64,000 nt of DNA from Chrysomallon squamiferum (GCA_012295275.1 CM022672.1:15376001-15440000), one strand, 5' to 3'; shown: positions 51,708 through 64,000, numbered from the stretch's first letter. A program made the numbers and translations. The notes: generated by a model not told the origin, from the sequence alone.

Positions 51708-52498
51708 GCGAGTGAAAAACTTCACGGTTATTATTACAGCACCTCACTTCAGAGAGATATTGCTCAACGGTTTTGCTTCACAGTTTCAACACAGTGCTTT
51801 TGATGAAGTCCATGTCACGTGACATGAAGAAGAAAACGAATAAAGTATTAAGAAAAAAAATACAATTACTCTGATAATGTGAGTATTTAAAAAAAAAAAA
51901 AAAAAACGAAGAAATGGTTATACATCCTCTCTCTCTTTCATACACACAGACACACAGACACACACAACATATACACATGCAGACGTTTCTCGATTTGTAT
52001 ACATGTAACTATAAAACTAATTTCATATATCTTTTTTTTTTTTCTTCCAAATTTGTATGATTTATAAAGTACTACTTTCATATCATATGTAGCGCACTTG
52101 GTGACTGAAAGGCCAAATTAATATTTATATATTTTTATGTAACTGCGTGAATGTATTGTCATCTGTTGTTGTATAATTATGAATATATGTCGCTGTGATC
52201 ATATAAGGTATCCAAGTTAGAATAACATAATTAAATTGTAATTCTGAAATTCTTTTTTAAAAACCTTTCAGGATATTTATAATGTAAAATGAAATGTTTT
52301 ATTAATTTTTTGTTTTTCAATTTTTTTCAATTTTATTTATTTATTATTATTTTTTTTTTTTTTTTTTTTTTTTTTTATGACATGAGTCTTTTTAGGACAA
52401 GCAAATGTACAGTCACGTTTATCTATGCAACAGCTTAAGAAAATATTTATATATTATTTCTTTATTTACTGATTTTTCAGTCAGCCTCCCTTTTCATA

Positions 52499-52499
<1 letters not shown>

Positions 52500-52564
<65 letters not shown>
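52500..52564. repeat. (TG)n microsatellite
   Basis: Pure dinucleotide run. Confidence 0.95.
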
Positions 52565-52565
<1 letters not shown>

Positions 52566-53346
52566 TGTGATACTATTCAGCTCAAGGCGTTATTTAATAA
52601 AATATTTAAATAGAAAATATGTGTAATGAAATATCGAATGCTTCGAGCACAATAAAGAGATATATTCATTTATCGGCTTCCAAGAAAATCAAAGTTAAAG
52701 ATTTTCAAGTGATACACAATCTCATGTTTTGTGTTGTTGTTTTTGACTGTCCTGGGGATTATTTGTCTTGTAAGCAGTATGGCCATTATTGTTTTCTACT
52801 TAAAGTGTGCTCCTATGGAGAGATGCAGAAATATTGTGCATACTTTCAATTTTATTTTTTTTTTGTTGTTGTTGTTTGGAGTTGTTGTTTTTTTGTTGGT
52901 TTTTTTTTTTTTTTTTTTTTTTTTATTTTTTGTTGGTTTTTTATCATCCGATGATAATAACGAATTGAACAACCAATGTTTACAGTTTAAAAGCATTGAA
53001 TCGATTTTTCTAAAGTAACGTTTCCCAAAGTGGAGGCTGTTTGAAATATTGTATATTAAGAATATATTTTAATGAACTCGAACGGATGGCCAAGAAATCC
53101 TGCCAGGCAAAATGAATTAAATAATTAAGTATAATGGCAGCATTCGTGTTTTGTAATAGTATTATTTTATTCTCATTCGTTGCTGTGTGCGCCTAAATCA
53201 ATAAAATAATCACCAAGGCATTACACAGAATTCAGAATTTGATTCGACCATTTTTTCACATGTATACTTTAATTGTAACACAGCAAATTTGGTTAGACCA
53301 TTTATTCGTGATATCATGTGCACATTTTAATTGTATGTCACATATA

Positions 53347-53458
53347 CATGGCCGTAACTATACTGAGGCAAATGAGGCAAATGAGGCAAATGCCTCATAC
53401 CTGTAACTGACGATTTTTAATTTTCTATTTTTTTAATTTATTTTTTTTGTTTGAGATG

Positions 53459-53531
<73 letters not shown>

Positions 53532-53689
53532 TTTATGTTAAAAATACAGAATATTTATCTGTATTCCAATAGAAACGAATGAAGTCGTTTATGTCTACAG
53601 TTTACTGATTTAGGCGGTACCCAGATTCATCCCCCAAATTTAAAAAAATGTTTTTGCCTCTTTTCAAAAGGAATCTAGTTACGGCCATG
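53347..53689. mobile_element. MITE with perfect 14-bp TIRs (hAT/P-like)
   Basis: CATGGCCGTAACTA ... TAGTTACGGCCATG; subterminal (TGAGGCAAA)3 and TGCCTC motifs. Confidence 0.75.
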
Positions 53690-54392
53690 ATGTATAACAT
53701 TACTCATATAATGTGTTTGAGTGTTCATACGAAATTGTATTTACCTGAAAAATAGTATATATATATATATTTGCATGTGTATGTAGACATTCCAAATCAT
53801 TTTCATATTAATATTTATCAAAACTAATCTGCGCCCATCCTTAAAATAAATGACAAATTAGTTACTTTCTGTTACTGTTGCTGAGAGTATACAAGAATCA
53901 AACTGAAGCCACGATTCATCATTCCGTCACTTGGAGCATGAAAAGTATTCCTCTTCCATTGCCAAAGTTCTTTCTGTCGGGCAGAATGTACGCCTGGTGT
54001 TTCGAACACATTGCTAAGCAATTGTTTATATGTATAGAATTATTTTCTTTACACAAATCTTTGAGAAGACATTTCGGCCGCTACGAACTTGGTAACACTT
54101 TGTAGCATTGTTCGAGAGCTTGGTGTTAAATATATACGAAGAATTATGTGATATTATTACGAAGTGTGGGAACGGAATAAAAGTGAGTGGGTGAGTGAGT
54201 GAGTTGTGAATGATTAAGGAAACTTTATTTTATTATACAAAGATTGGTTGCTAAAAATTGACAAATCAACTCGCAAATATGCAAAATATATGTATATTTT
54301 GATTCCACCGCTAATGGTACACTTTTAATAAAAATATTATATGTGTGCGTGTGTGTGTGTGTGTGTGCGTGCGTGCGTGTGTGTCTCTGGCT

Positions 54393-54493
54393 CAACGTTT
54401 CTCAACCTAGGGGTTCCACGAAAAAGAGATACTATTATTTAATTTCCTATTCCTAACATTATGCACAACATATGCATGGTTTATATCAGTCAT

Positions 54494-54526
<33 letters not shown>

Positions 54527-54667
54527 TAGTTAACTTATGAGAAGGTATCATAAACGAGCTGTATGAATTTTATTTAGCATTATATATATATATTTAAATA
54601 GAAAATATGTGTAACGAACTATCGAATGCTTCGAGCACAATAAAGAGATATATTCATTATATATATG

Positions 54668-54698
<31 letters not shown>

Positions 54699-54809
54699 GT
54701 ATATGTATGTATGTATTATTATTTATATGTATATTTCTATAAATATTTGTTGCAGGGGGTCCCTGATATATGTAATTTATTTCAAGGATAAAAAGGTTGA
54801 GAAATGCTG
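54393..54809. mobile_element. Old hAT/Charlie-like MITE
   Basis: CAACGTTTCTCAACC ... GGTTGAGAAATGCTG imperfect TIRs; right flank GTCTAGAC resembles the Charlie target preference. Confidence 0.55.
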
Positions 54810-55974
54810 GTCTAGACACACACACATAAGTATACTTAAGTATATATATGCACAATTATTTTATATTTGTAGCAAACTCTTTCAATTTTGATAAGTAATT
54901 ACATAAATTATATTTTTTAAAGTACTTTGACATTTTAATATATTAGTTGATACTGTGTGTATTTTAAAATGTGCTAATAAAGCTTGTTTACAATCATGCC
55001 GGTTTGAACATCGTGTTTTGTTATTTTTGTTTTGTAATATTTATTAACTTCTTATAGAACAAATTAGTGAGTGAGCGAAAGGAGAGAGAGAGAGAAAAAA
55101 GTTATCAAGTAAGCGATCGTGTGAGAAAATAAAACAAATTATTTATTTTCTTTTAATAAGGTGGATCTACTACGATGCATTGCTGTCCTACAATTTTGTA
55201 AACGAAATTTCCTTCATTTGTAGATTTTATATTTCATTAAGGAAATTTTTTTAAAAATAATATAAATATACAATTTTAAAAAATAAAAATGAAATAAATC
55301 AATAGTTGTAGAAAAACAAAAATCAATTTTACAAGATTTTTAAATTTCTGGAATGGAAGGGGACACAACTCGTTTCATCTTCAAGTCCCTCTACAATTTA
55401 TTTCGTTCATGCGCTTCGACTTGTTTTTAACTACATTAAACGTGAACTCCCCGATGTTCGGAATTAGGCGATTCTCTGGACTGAGCAGGTGGACATGTTT
55501 TTCTACCATTAACAATTGTAATATCTCATTTTGTCGTTTTGTTTCTTCGTTTTTATAGGAAGTTTTGTCAAAAATTAAGAAACGAAACAAAAATACTGTA
55601 TTTGCTACAGATTTTGATTATAAATCTTTAAATATTTAATGATCTAACTTCATCTCCAAGTTTTGTTGGGGGGGCGGGAGTGCCCCATCACTCCCAAGTA
55701 TGACCTCAATATTACTGTAATATTTGAATATTTCAGTTTTAATCTTTTTCACAACAGCATTGCGTACATTGCTGAATTATGTACATTTTAGGTCAAAAAA
55801 TAAAAATTCCTTATGCTTTTTAAACTGTTTATCGTTTACTTCGTTGTTCGAATTTTGAGACTTTAGATCTTGAAAAGGATTTTTTTTTTTTTTTTTTTAC
55901 CGAATATGGACGGTCGTTAAATCGAATAAAGTGAAGCCATTAAAAACACAAATTCACAAAACCAAAAAATTTAT

Positions 55975-56231
55975 TTAAACTTTGTACTGCAAGTCAACGC
56001 GCCTGCGACAGTCGGTATTAAACAAGGCACACACAGACATAACGACGGACACCACAGCAAGGACAGTGATGAAACCCACTGCTGCCCACAGCCTGTGGTC
56101 CAGTTTTGACGGCTCCACGTCGGCCACAACGTTGTCCACACGAGAGTTCCACATGGGAAGTGCCATCTCAGTTTCGTCGTCATCGTCTGTTATTTTTATA
56201 GGTTCCGACTGCATCCAGATGTAAAATGTTT
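55975..56231 (-). CDS. ZP protein terminal exon (EHP-like patch, TM, short tail)
   Basis: TACTAAC branch point and ttcag acceptor; TM segment LWAAVGFITVLAVVSVVMSVCALF; TAA stop at 55977-55975. Confidence 0.85.
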
Positions 56232-59200
56232 CTGAAACGAGCAAGTTAGTATTATTATTGTTATTGTTGTTGTTGTTGTTGTTTTTGTTTTTCGTCTTCA
56301 TCCTTGATCGTTTCCGAATTCATTTTGGATTTTATTTAAATTTTGTTCATTCTAGTTTAGATAGTTTAACTTCAATGCGTCAGTTGATTAATTTTTAAAA
56401 GGTTTTATGCGCTTGTATCAGTTTCACTTCCTTCAGCATATGTTTTTTTTTACAAAATCATTGATAACTTCGTTGGGGCGTTTTTTACTCCATGTTCCTA
56501 TTCGATTGCCAATAGTAAAACCTTTTAACTGGTTTTAAAATAGAATTATTGAATACTACTTTACAGAAAGTTCTCACCCTCATCTTCACCAGTATCCCTC
56601 TTGGAATTCCTCCTGCATCCACCCTGAGGCAGTTTTATATATATACAAAAACAGAAACAATAAACACTTGACGTACATTTCAAAGTTACATTTAAACGGT
56701 TCATTTGCACATTACACGTTAGTGAAGTTGTACATTAAAATTAACTTGCATTAACATAAAGTGATAATGTTTTAAAATCGAATTATTTTTGTATCAGATT
56801 TACGCAAATAGTGTGAAACGACCGTCATTAACATTTTTGAATGTATTCATCTGCAAGTTTTAGCACCAAGTTGTCGCCACTACTTTTTTGAAAATTTACC
56901 ATGTCTGAAGAATACGACTTAATTCCGATACATTTATCTGTACAAATTCATACAGACGCTTATTCGCTATTTTGTAATGATCTCACTTTTAATTTACGAA
57001 ATTAAATCGGTGTTAAAATATACATATTCGTATTTTGTATATACTTGCATTTGCAATTACAATTGTAATATTTAGAAGATTTGTTATATCGGTTTAACGA
57101 TGCAAATCAAGAATTCGTTCGTCAGGACGATCGATTAAAGTATTTTTCATTCACAAAATCCTACCGACAAATTGTCAGGGTAGTTGTTGCCCAAGTTTTG
57201 CAAAAAAATTCAGCTGAAACTTGAAAATTGGTTAACTTACCGTGCATGGCGTTGTACATGTAGTGAAGTTGCATTCAAAGCTTATATGCTTGGCTCCTGG
57301 AAATTTGAATGCTTCAAAATAGGGACTGAACACAGCATTGCCTGTACTTGTAAATCCTTCCCGCTTATCAAAAACTAAGCCATCGCCGCATCTGTTTCAC
57401 ATGTAAATTAAAAACGTTCTACCTTAACGGACTACGTTTTCATCAAAAACAATCGGAAAATTTGAATGAACAACTACAAAATAACTCGATATCGGCATTA
57501 ATGACATTGTTCATACTGAACTGGTGGATCTCTAAAATGCGTTAAATGTAACTGGTTCGAAAACAAGATGTACCGAAATCTTAACATCCGAGTTTACGAA
57601 TAGTAAAATGTAGATTCATCAATATTCATAAGGGAATTTTCATATTACAATGACTCAACTTCTTTATCGGAAATCTTCCCGGTCCTAAAAAATATTACAC
57701 AATCTAACTAAAATTTTTAAAGTAAATATTACTCCCTTACTGAAATAAATGGTCTGCTGAAAATCCAACCGTAAAATTAACAGATTATCAAACAAATATA
57801 TTAGCGTAAATTTTATCAGTTCAGATGTTTAATGGAAAACAATTTAAATTTGGAATGCCGTGTCTTAATTTTACCCGGACTAAAAGAGGCTCCGGATTTA
57901 ACAGTGGCCGGAAAATCGATGTGTGCTTTTGCCATTGGCAAGATTTAATATTCTAAACGTACCCAGCTCTAATAATGGCGTATCTCACTTCACCGCCAAC
58001 AGCATCACACCCTACAGCATGTAATCCAATATCTTCCGAGTCTGGAATGGAAAAAAGAAAAGTTTAACATTCTTTGAATCCACGATACTTTAAGAAATCT
58101 GCCATTTTACTCTATTGTCGGCTGCAATATCTGAAAAATATTGGATTTCCTTCGATCCTTCAGCTTACCATCATGTACGGCTTGCTTTTAGGTTGTAAAT
58201 GCTAAAATTTAGAACATTTTCAATTTAAACTAATAATAGTACTGTGTCAACTGTATCGCCGCATTAGAATACAACCTTACCAAAATTTATCAAAAAAGTT
58301 TCTATAATGGATTCATTTCAAGGAGCAAAATGTATATTGCTCGTTATTCCCTCGAAAACCAGTTTTACATTTAAGTAGAGAGACTGATATAAAATACAAG
58401 ATGTGTCGTGTGAAGAGTTTAAGTTTTTTCTAATTTACGGGTTCGACAATGGATTTTAAAAAAAATATAAAATAAAATACAAAACAAATATTAATCTCCA
58501 TCTGCAAGAGATGATCTTCCAACTGAAATGTGATCAAGTCAATTCAAATTTGGAAATGAATCTTCTCCAATTCTTAATACAAAATGGAATTTTTAATTTC
58601 TTGAAATGATTCCTGGCTAAACTGTTGATTAATATTTATGTTTGGAAACGAGGTTTGGTTCCAACAGTTAAAATTTGCAGTATTTAACAATTCTTGTAAT
58701 CTTCAAATACGCCATCCACATGAAATCTAAAATTTAAGTATGAAAAAACCTTGATTACCCGTTTTTCCCTTCAGTTGAATTTTGCGACCAAGATGGATGC
58801 TTTGGGCGGAAATGATTTCTCCCAGAACGTTGATAACATTTAAGGATACGTTTATCTGTGGTGTTGAATTGGATGCGTACGACTGAATAGCTTTTGCAGC
58901 TATCAAACTGAAAAAAAAAAAAAATACAAACAATATCTGCAAAACTTCAGATCTTGAATTAAACTACTGAAACGAGATGCCTTTTTTTAGCATTGTCAAG
59001 ATTGTCTCTCCAGTCGTTTTACACGGGAGTTGCATCTAAAATAATTAATCTTGAGACGACCGAGTTAAGCGTGTGCCATATTAGTTAAACATCAGTTCAC
59101 AACCGCTGGATCTAGACAATCCCTCGAAGATCGATCTGATTTTGAAAATGAAACCGACAACTGGCTTCAGATTCTTTACCTGGAGTCTATGATTTTATTG

Positions 59201-60943
59201 GAAGTGTTGTAAACGCCTTGGTCCCTGAACGAGCAAGTTACTTGGTACTCTTCCTCGTGAGAATGAATTGGACTTCCCTTTTCGCCCCAAGAAACAAGAA
59301 CTGTTATAGTGTAAACTTTCTCTGCGATTTCCTGAAATAGAGAAAGTTTTTTATCGATAATTTCTTGTCGGAAACAATCCCAGTAAAGGTTAAAAATTCT
59401 GATATATTTTTAATTAATGTTTACTCCGGCACTGGACCTCGGCTGTTAACTGTGCACATCTTGTGTTCAAGTAAATTCTTTCGTGTAAACGTAGTCGTAA
59501 CCGTAAGCGTAAGTTTTAAATTTCCATGATAATGTTTTGCTAGCAAAAGATATTGCGTTCATTTCAACCGATGAATCATGCAATGATTTATACTCATATT
59601 TTATTAATTAGGTCTAATTTACAGGATCAAAGGACGATATTCAAGCTGAAAACAAAACATTTCATGTAACGATATTTCCAGCAACTTACTTCCATGATAC
59701 AAGTTTCGGATGAATGACTGGAATCCATGGAAACGACTTTCAAGAAAAAGTTGACCTCGTCTCTGTCAATGAAGTAATGAATTCCGTTTTTACATTTTGC
59801 TTTTGCTGCGATGTCCAGATCTGTCACGATGTTGACGACGGCATTGTTCGAAATATTGTCACACTGCGGCGTCACTAGAGGGGAAAAAACATACCACGAT
59901 GTTTTCATTTGTAAAACGATGTCTTCATTCACATCCTAATCAAATATTTAAGTCTTAATTTTTAAATTTACATTTTTAAGTGAAAACACATTTATAAAGA
60001 TCACAAGGAAAATTTATTTTTTCCAATCGTTAGAAAACAGTTTTATGTCCAACAGCTAAAATACCTGCCTCCACTCTGTACATGTACATACTAAATGCAT
60101 TTTGTACCATATACTGCAACTATTATTTCGGTTAGCTTTCGTCCCCTGTTGCCATTCCAAGGTCGCCCAAACTTCAGTAAAAATAATTTTGAGCAAGAAA
60201 CCGAGCGAAACTCGTTATTTTATGAATTAATCGAATCGGTGGAAGTGGTCCTGGTCCTTAGAAGTCACGTAGACAAGATAAAGAACTGGCGACTTATAAC
60301 CACGTTAAAGCAAAATCCCACTATTTCTACGCTGCAACAACGAATTAACCGATAATTAACCTAGCACAAGAAATAATATTTTAGGTTTTGTCTTATGATC
60401 ATAAGTATATGCATTTACGAAATAAACGTGACAAAAGGCCATTTATTTTGAATTACAGTACCTTGCAGGATGTATCCTGGCGGGATTCTAGCCCCAACAA
60501 TCAGCTGAAAAAAAATACATTAAAAAAAAAAAAACAAGACTTAAAGAGATAGACATTTCAAAAGCATTTTAATATTTGTTTACTGTAGGAAATAAACTCA
60601 TCACCAATAAAAAATAAAATTGGTCGAGAAGAGGGTATGGAAATAATGGAAATGCTGGAACATTTTTCTTCATCCTATTAACAAATATGGAATTTAATTT
60701 TAATCGATTCTATAGGCAGTTTGTTTAACATTACTTTATAATTATAACTTAACATCTACATCCAAAAATCTTATTAATTTGACAAATACAGTACTCTGGT
60801 TAATACGACACGTTACTTTCAAGATGGGAGATAACCCGACTAGGAGAACGGTACAAGAAGCAACATCAGTGAAATCTTGGAAGACCACTCACCCAACCTG
60901 CTGCCGTTATCAGAAACCACAACTGGGCTTTGGTTGACGTCAT
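55975..60943 (-). CDS. Zona pellucida (ZP) module protein, vitelline-envelope VEZP-like; signal peptide, ZP-N, ZP-C, basic cleavage site, TM; ~370 aa, 9 exons
   Basis: Exons 60943-60893, 60504-60462, 59874-59690, 59331-59180, 58907-58759, 58041-57963, 57391-57241, 56623-56578, 56231-55975; all GT-AG, phase-compatible, total 1113 nt. MTSTKAQLWFLITAAGWLIVGA|RIPPGYILQVTPQC...VTDLDIAAKAKC...VYTITVLVSWGEKGSPIHSHEEEYQVTCSF...CDAVGGEVRYAIIRAGCGDGLVF...SPYFEAF...FECNFTTCTTPCTGGCRRNSKR...LWAAVGFITVLAVVSVVMSVCALF. Confidence 0.85.
57241..57391 (-). CDS. ZP protein exon 7 (ZP-C)
   Basis: acag|CGDGLVF...SPYFEAF...FECNFTTCTTPCT|gtaagt. Confidence 0.85.
57963..58041 (-). CDS. ZP protein exon 6
   Basis: ttccag|SEDIGLHAVGCDAVGGEVRYAIIRA|gtacgt. 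Confidence 0.85.
58759..58907 (-). CDS. ZP protein exon 5 (linker and start of ZP-C)
   Basis: ttcag|LIAAKAIQSY...LNVINVLGE...LGRKIQLKGKT|gtaatc. Confidence 0.85.
59180..59331 (-). CDS. ZP protein exon 4 (ZP-N Cys4)
   Basis: ttcag|EIAEKVYTITVLVSWG...YQVTCSF...|gtaaag. Confidence 0.85.
59690..59874 (-). CDS. ZP protein exon 3 (ZP-N Cys1-3)
   Basis: ctag|TPQCDNISNNAVVNIVTDLD...ETCIME|gtaagt. Confidence 0.85.
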
Positions 60944-60985
60944 GCTTTTATAAAATAAACGTACATCAGCATTATTAAATTTGCT

Positions 60986-61017
<32 letters not shown>

Positions 61018-61623
61018 ACTTTAAATACAACAAACAGAATTAAAATGAATTTGAGAAAGCTGTTATTCCGAAATAGTCTTACCAGTTTATCAGTTACAAA
61101 TGTGGTACCATTAATGTTTACCCTGCAGATTAAAATCTTATTCAATAGCATTTTATGCAAATTCATATTCGTCGTGTCATAAGCTTCATTTCGATACTCG
61201 TCTCCACAGTTTGTGTAGTTGAAAAATGCTTTGTTGATCGACTAATCGAGGAAAAAAAGTTATGCAAACTTATTATCTTCAATATATGATTAAGAAAATG
61301 ATCCAAAACGTTTTTTTTAAATTATACATTTACATTTTATTTATTTTTCAGAAATAATGTCATTTTGAAAGGAGTTATAGCACTTTTATCAAAGACACGG
61401 TATACATGGTCACAGCTTTTTAAAAGTTTATTTGAATAAATAAATAAATAAATAAATAAGTAAGTAAGTATGCAAGTCCGAATAACAAAACAATGACGTA
61501 CCTGATACACATAGCAGCCCGGAGGTACAAACAAATAATCCCACCTGGAAGAAAACACGCACACGCTTTATATTAGCATTGTCACGCACGTGCTGCATGC
61601 CCGTCACATTCAAAAGATGTCAC

Positions 61624-61907
61624 CTGGGGGCGGGTCTAGAGGGAGGGGTCCATGGTGTCCGAACCAACCCTCAAATTTGAGAAGTGCCTCTTTTATTCTG
61701 GATTTTTTGTTTTTCTACAAATTTATTTAGGTGGTTTTTTTCTCTTTTTTTTAATTTCTGTCAATGTCTGCGTCCTGCTGTAGCACTGTTATATTATGGC
61801 CCATGTGAACCGTGTGTAATTTTTCAGTAGTGCCTTTTCTTAATATTAAGGTGCCCTTTTGTCATGGACCCCCCCCCTCATCATCAGAAAAACTGGATCC
61901 GCCACAG
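61624..61907. mobile_element. GC-rich-ended MITE (GGCGGATCCAG-type TIRs) upstream of the ZP gene
   Basis: CTGGGGGCGGGTCTAG ... CTGGATCCGCCACAG imperfect inverted ends; inverted internal GGGGTCCATG / CATGGACCCC. Confidence 0.55.
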
Positions 61908-63547
61908 GTCACATGTCTTAGCTTTTCGTGCTTTAACTTTTTTGGATTTAAAGTCACGTGTTCTTTTATCGGTTACAAGAAAATATACTAACATAATGAA
62001 TATTTGAAGAAACCCACATCGGATTATAATATTCATCTTTATAATTGCTACAACAACTTCATCTATTACTACTACTACTACTACTACCACCACTGATACT
62101 ACTGCTGCTGTTGCTACTGCTACTGCTATTAATAAAATACAAATACTTCTATTATTAAAACAACTACTACTACCACCATTACATCTAGTCCTTCTATTAT
62201 TGCGACTATTACTACCTCTACAGTTGCTTCTGCTACAACTACAATACTACCTACTACTACTAAAACAACTACTAAGACTGCTACTTTTTATACAGTTATT
62301 ACTAATACAATTGCTACTGCTACCACCAAATATTAAATCTACCAATAATATTATCAGCAGCACTATTACTTTTGCTGCTACTACAAGTTTTATTATTACT
62401 GCTAATGATAATTAATTATTTAATTAATTAATTTATTATTGTCATCATCATAATCATCACCATCCTTATCACCATATATAATAATAAATCAAACGCATTC
62501 GGTACTGTTATCTATATGTGAACAAAGTAAGAAATGTATCCTTAATTTCAGCTTGAGAAATTCCAGAACTTTCCAGCAGTAATCAGTTTAAAAACCTTTT
62601 CACGCCTTCAGCTAAATTTAGACAACCAATTTCAGTCGACAGACAAATATTTAACTTCACTAATTACGTGAAAATTGTACGGTTTCACTAAAACACTGGC
62701 CCACTTATTCGTGACATGCGCCAACAAAATGCTTTCAGCTTGATTTGTTTTTAATAATAATTTTTTTTTTTTCCATCAAAAATAGAATACGTTATCGCAG
62801 TTTTATTGCTGTAATTTCATCTTTATTTTTCTGACTCGTTCTTTCTTTTTGTCTCAGTTTTTTAATATATATTTTTTTCTTATTTTGTTATTGTTTTTTT
62901 TTTGGGGGGGGGGGTAATGTTTTTTAAATGGTGTTTTTTTTTTTTTTTTTTTTTCACACCCCCAAAAAATAACAATAATAAAAATAATAATAATAATAAT
63001 AATAACAACAATAATAAAAACAGTGTTAGATCCAATGTTACAACAGGAGCCGATCGATGATATTATTATTATTATTATTATTATTTTAAGGAGTTGATTA
63101 ACATCACTAAAAGGGCCTTACACAAATAATGGAAGAAGCAGGCTTCCGATGAATTAAAATACATTTGTTATCATTGTCAGAACAAATGGAAAACTACGTT
63201 TTCAAGTCGTCATTTTAAACTGGGATGTTTCCGAGACGAGAAGGAGGGCGTCCTACTCTTTTCTAGTATAAATGTTTCTAATTATATATTATATTATAAT
63301 GACTTGAGTCAGCAGACATGTTTATTTTATTTTACTATTATATTTTATGATTGTTTGTCTGTAACAAATCTTAAATCTAATGAAAAGTCTTAGTATAAAA
63401 GGAAATTATAAATTTTTTACATAAAACACACCCAAGTACAACAGAAAAGACCATTCAACTGCGGATGGCAATTGAGAACGGTCAATATTCGACGAGGGTT
63501 TGTGACAGTACGTTGGACCAAAAATGATAAGAAACGCGGTAATCATA

Positions 63548-64000
63548 CAGTGGTACCTCGACTTACGAGTGCCCAACTTTACGAGTTTTTCGAGTTACGA
63601 GCAGTCGGCCGGTCGGGTTTTGCTTTGAGTTGCGAGCCAAAATCCGACTTACGAGCGAGCTTCAGATACGCTGCCATTAGTTGGCGCAACGAACAACACT
63701 ATCCGGCCAATATCTCGTTTACTTCACGTGGTTACCTCGCCGCGGAAGCATCTCTGTTGTGTTGTGTTCGCGTTTAGTGCAGTATTTTGCCAAATTTCCA
63801 TGGATCCTAAGAAAGTGAGTGCAAAGGACAGTGCTCAGAAGAAGAAGTGGATAATTAAAGCTTGAATTCATAGAAAAACATGAGCGAGGTGTGCATGTAG
63901 TCGACTTGGTTAGTCGTAGAACTTCTATGATATGTACTATACTGATGCTGAAGGAGTCCATAAAGGATGTAACTTCAGCCAAAGGCGTTAAAATAATTTG
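63548..64000 (+). mobile_element. Tigger/pogo-type DNA transposon, 5' end (continues beyond the window)
   Basis: TA + TIR CAGTGGTACCTCGACTTACGAG; subterminal TTACGAG repeats; frameshifted transposase start ATGGATCCTAAGAAAGTG at 63800; same family as 4998-5746. Confidence 0.85.

Noticed and set aside
61083-61545. Extra minus-strand exon-like segments (61122-61083, ~61544-61502) and intron-internal candidates near 59420-59645 as ZP coding exons
   Set aside because: The ATG at 60943 already gives a complete signal peptide and the 9-exon model is in frame without them; the upstream ones may be 5' UTR exons but this cannot be shown

Overview
AT-rich, microsatellite-dense eukaryotic (animal) genomic DNA with GT-AG introns. 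The gene content suggests a mollusc, possibly a cephalopod (inference). Four spliced protein-coding genes were reconstructed by hand, with splice phases checked at every junction. (1) A small orphan gene on the minus strand (~128 aa, basic, KEN box) with a textbook CDE/CHR cell-cycle element in its promoter. (2) Head-to-head with it, an FBXO41 orthologue (N-terminal C2H2 finger, coiled coil, F-box, LRR-like C-terminus) expanded to ~2,100-2,200 aa; it has three clustered single-base frameshifts inside a segment that can also be spliced out in frame. (3) A type II membrane GT92/DUF23 glycosyltransferase (~448 aa, plus strand). (4) Convergent with it, a compact 9-exon ZP-module gene (~370 aa, minus strand) resembling abalone vitelline-envelope (VEZP) proteins, almost invisible in the ORF track. 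Also present: two Tigger/pogo copies, a TA-TSD transposon nested in a LINE remnant, several MITEs, a 1.6 kb ~34-bp minisatellite with higher-order structure, and a CpG-poor to CpG-rich transition near 28-29 kb. No prokaryotic features, RNA genes or CRISPR arrays were found. Family assignments come from recalled sequence motifs, not database searches.
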